DNA of 64,000 nt from Pristiophorus japonicus (Eukaryota): the NCBI RefSeq assembly GCF_044704955.1, contig NC_091997.1, positions 62,372,001-62,436,000 on the forward strand, given 5' to 3'. Positions 63,162 through 64,000 of the stretch are shown here, piece by piece; the first letter of the stretch is position 1; every line of letters begins with the position of its first letter. The notes under the pieces were generated by a model. That model saw nothing but the letters and a program-made list of their open reading frames with translations. It was not told the origin of the DNA and searched no databases. The position numbers were made by a program, and so were the translations under genes.

Positions 63162-64000
63162 TTTAGATACAGAGTAAAGCTCCCTCTGCACTGCCCCATC
63201 AAACACTCCCAGGGCAGGTACAGGGGGTTAGATACAGAGTAAAGCTCCCTCTACACTGTCCCATCAAACACTCCCAGGGCAGGTACAGGGGGTTAGATAC
63301 AGAGTAAAGCTCCCTCAACACTGTCCCATCAAACACTCCCAGGGCAGGTACAGGGGGTTAGATACAGAGTAAAGCTCCCTCTACACTGTCCCATCAAACA
63401 CTCCCAGGGCAGGTACTGGGGGTTAGATACAGAGTAAAGCTCCCTCTACACTGTCCCATCAAACACTCCCAGGGCAGGTACAGCACGGGGTTAGATACAG
63501 AGTAAAGCTCCCTCTACACTGTCCCATCAAACACTCCCAGGGCAGGTACAGCACGGGGTTAGATACAGAGTAAAGCTCCCTCTACACTGTCCCATCAAAC
63601 ACTCCCAGGGCAGGTACAGCACGGGGTTAGATACAGAGTAAAGCTCCCTCTACACTGCCCCATCAAACACTCCCAGGGCAGGTACAGCACGGAGTTAGAT
63701 ACAGAGTAAAGCTCCCTCTACACTGTCCCATCAAACACTCCCAGGGCAGGTACACCACGGGGTTAGATACAGAGTAAAGCTCCCTCTACACTGTCCCATC
63801 AAACACTCCCAGGGCAGGTACAGCACGGGGTTAGATACAGAGTAAAGCTCCCTCTACACTGTCCCATCAAACACTCCCAGGGCAGGTACAGCACGGAGTT
63901 AGATACAGAGTAAAGCTCCCTCTACACTGCCCCATCAAACACTCCCAGGGCAGGTACAGCACGGAGTTAGATACAGAGTAAAGCTCCCTCTACACTGTCC
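63162..64000. repeat. Minisatellite, ~65-69-bp unit, same family as 41633-41925, runs off the window end
   Basis: About 12 copies. Confidence 0.97.

Overview
Vertebrate nuclear DNA. The repeat content (CR1, L2, RTE, Tx1/L1, Gypsy, Deu-domain SINEs, abundant minisatellites) points to a cartilaginous fish such as a shark; this is inference. Two host genes lie tail-to-tail, matching the conserved ENTREP2-APBA2 synteny. ENTREP2/FAM189A1 is on + with four internal coding exons (24441-38226); its first exon is presumably upstream of the window and its 3' exons are not seen, probably lost in the 200-N gap at 39830-40029. APBA2 (Mint2/X11-beta) is on - with eleven coding exons (63043 down to the stop at 40510) covering the PTB domain, both PDZ domains and the C-terminal GQETPLYI tail. 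The introns hold decayed retroelements, including a three-level nest (Tx1 inside CR1 inside a Gypsy provirus with both LTRs) and an RTE copy with a twin-priming-type inversion. The most notable pattern is that many minisatellites grew out of specific segments of two SINE families, repeatedly and at separate loci. Most long ORFs in the supplied track are repeat read-throughs. I see no evidence of a novel protein-coding system. All calls are by eye and from recalled family knowledge; repeat boundaries are approximate.
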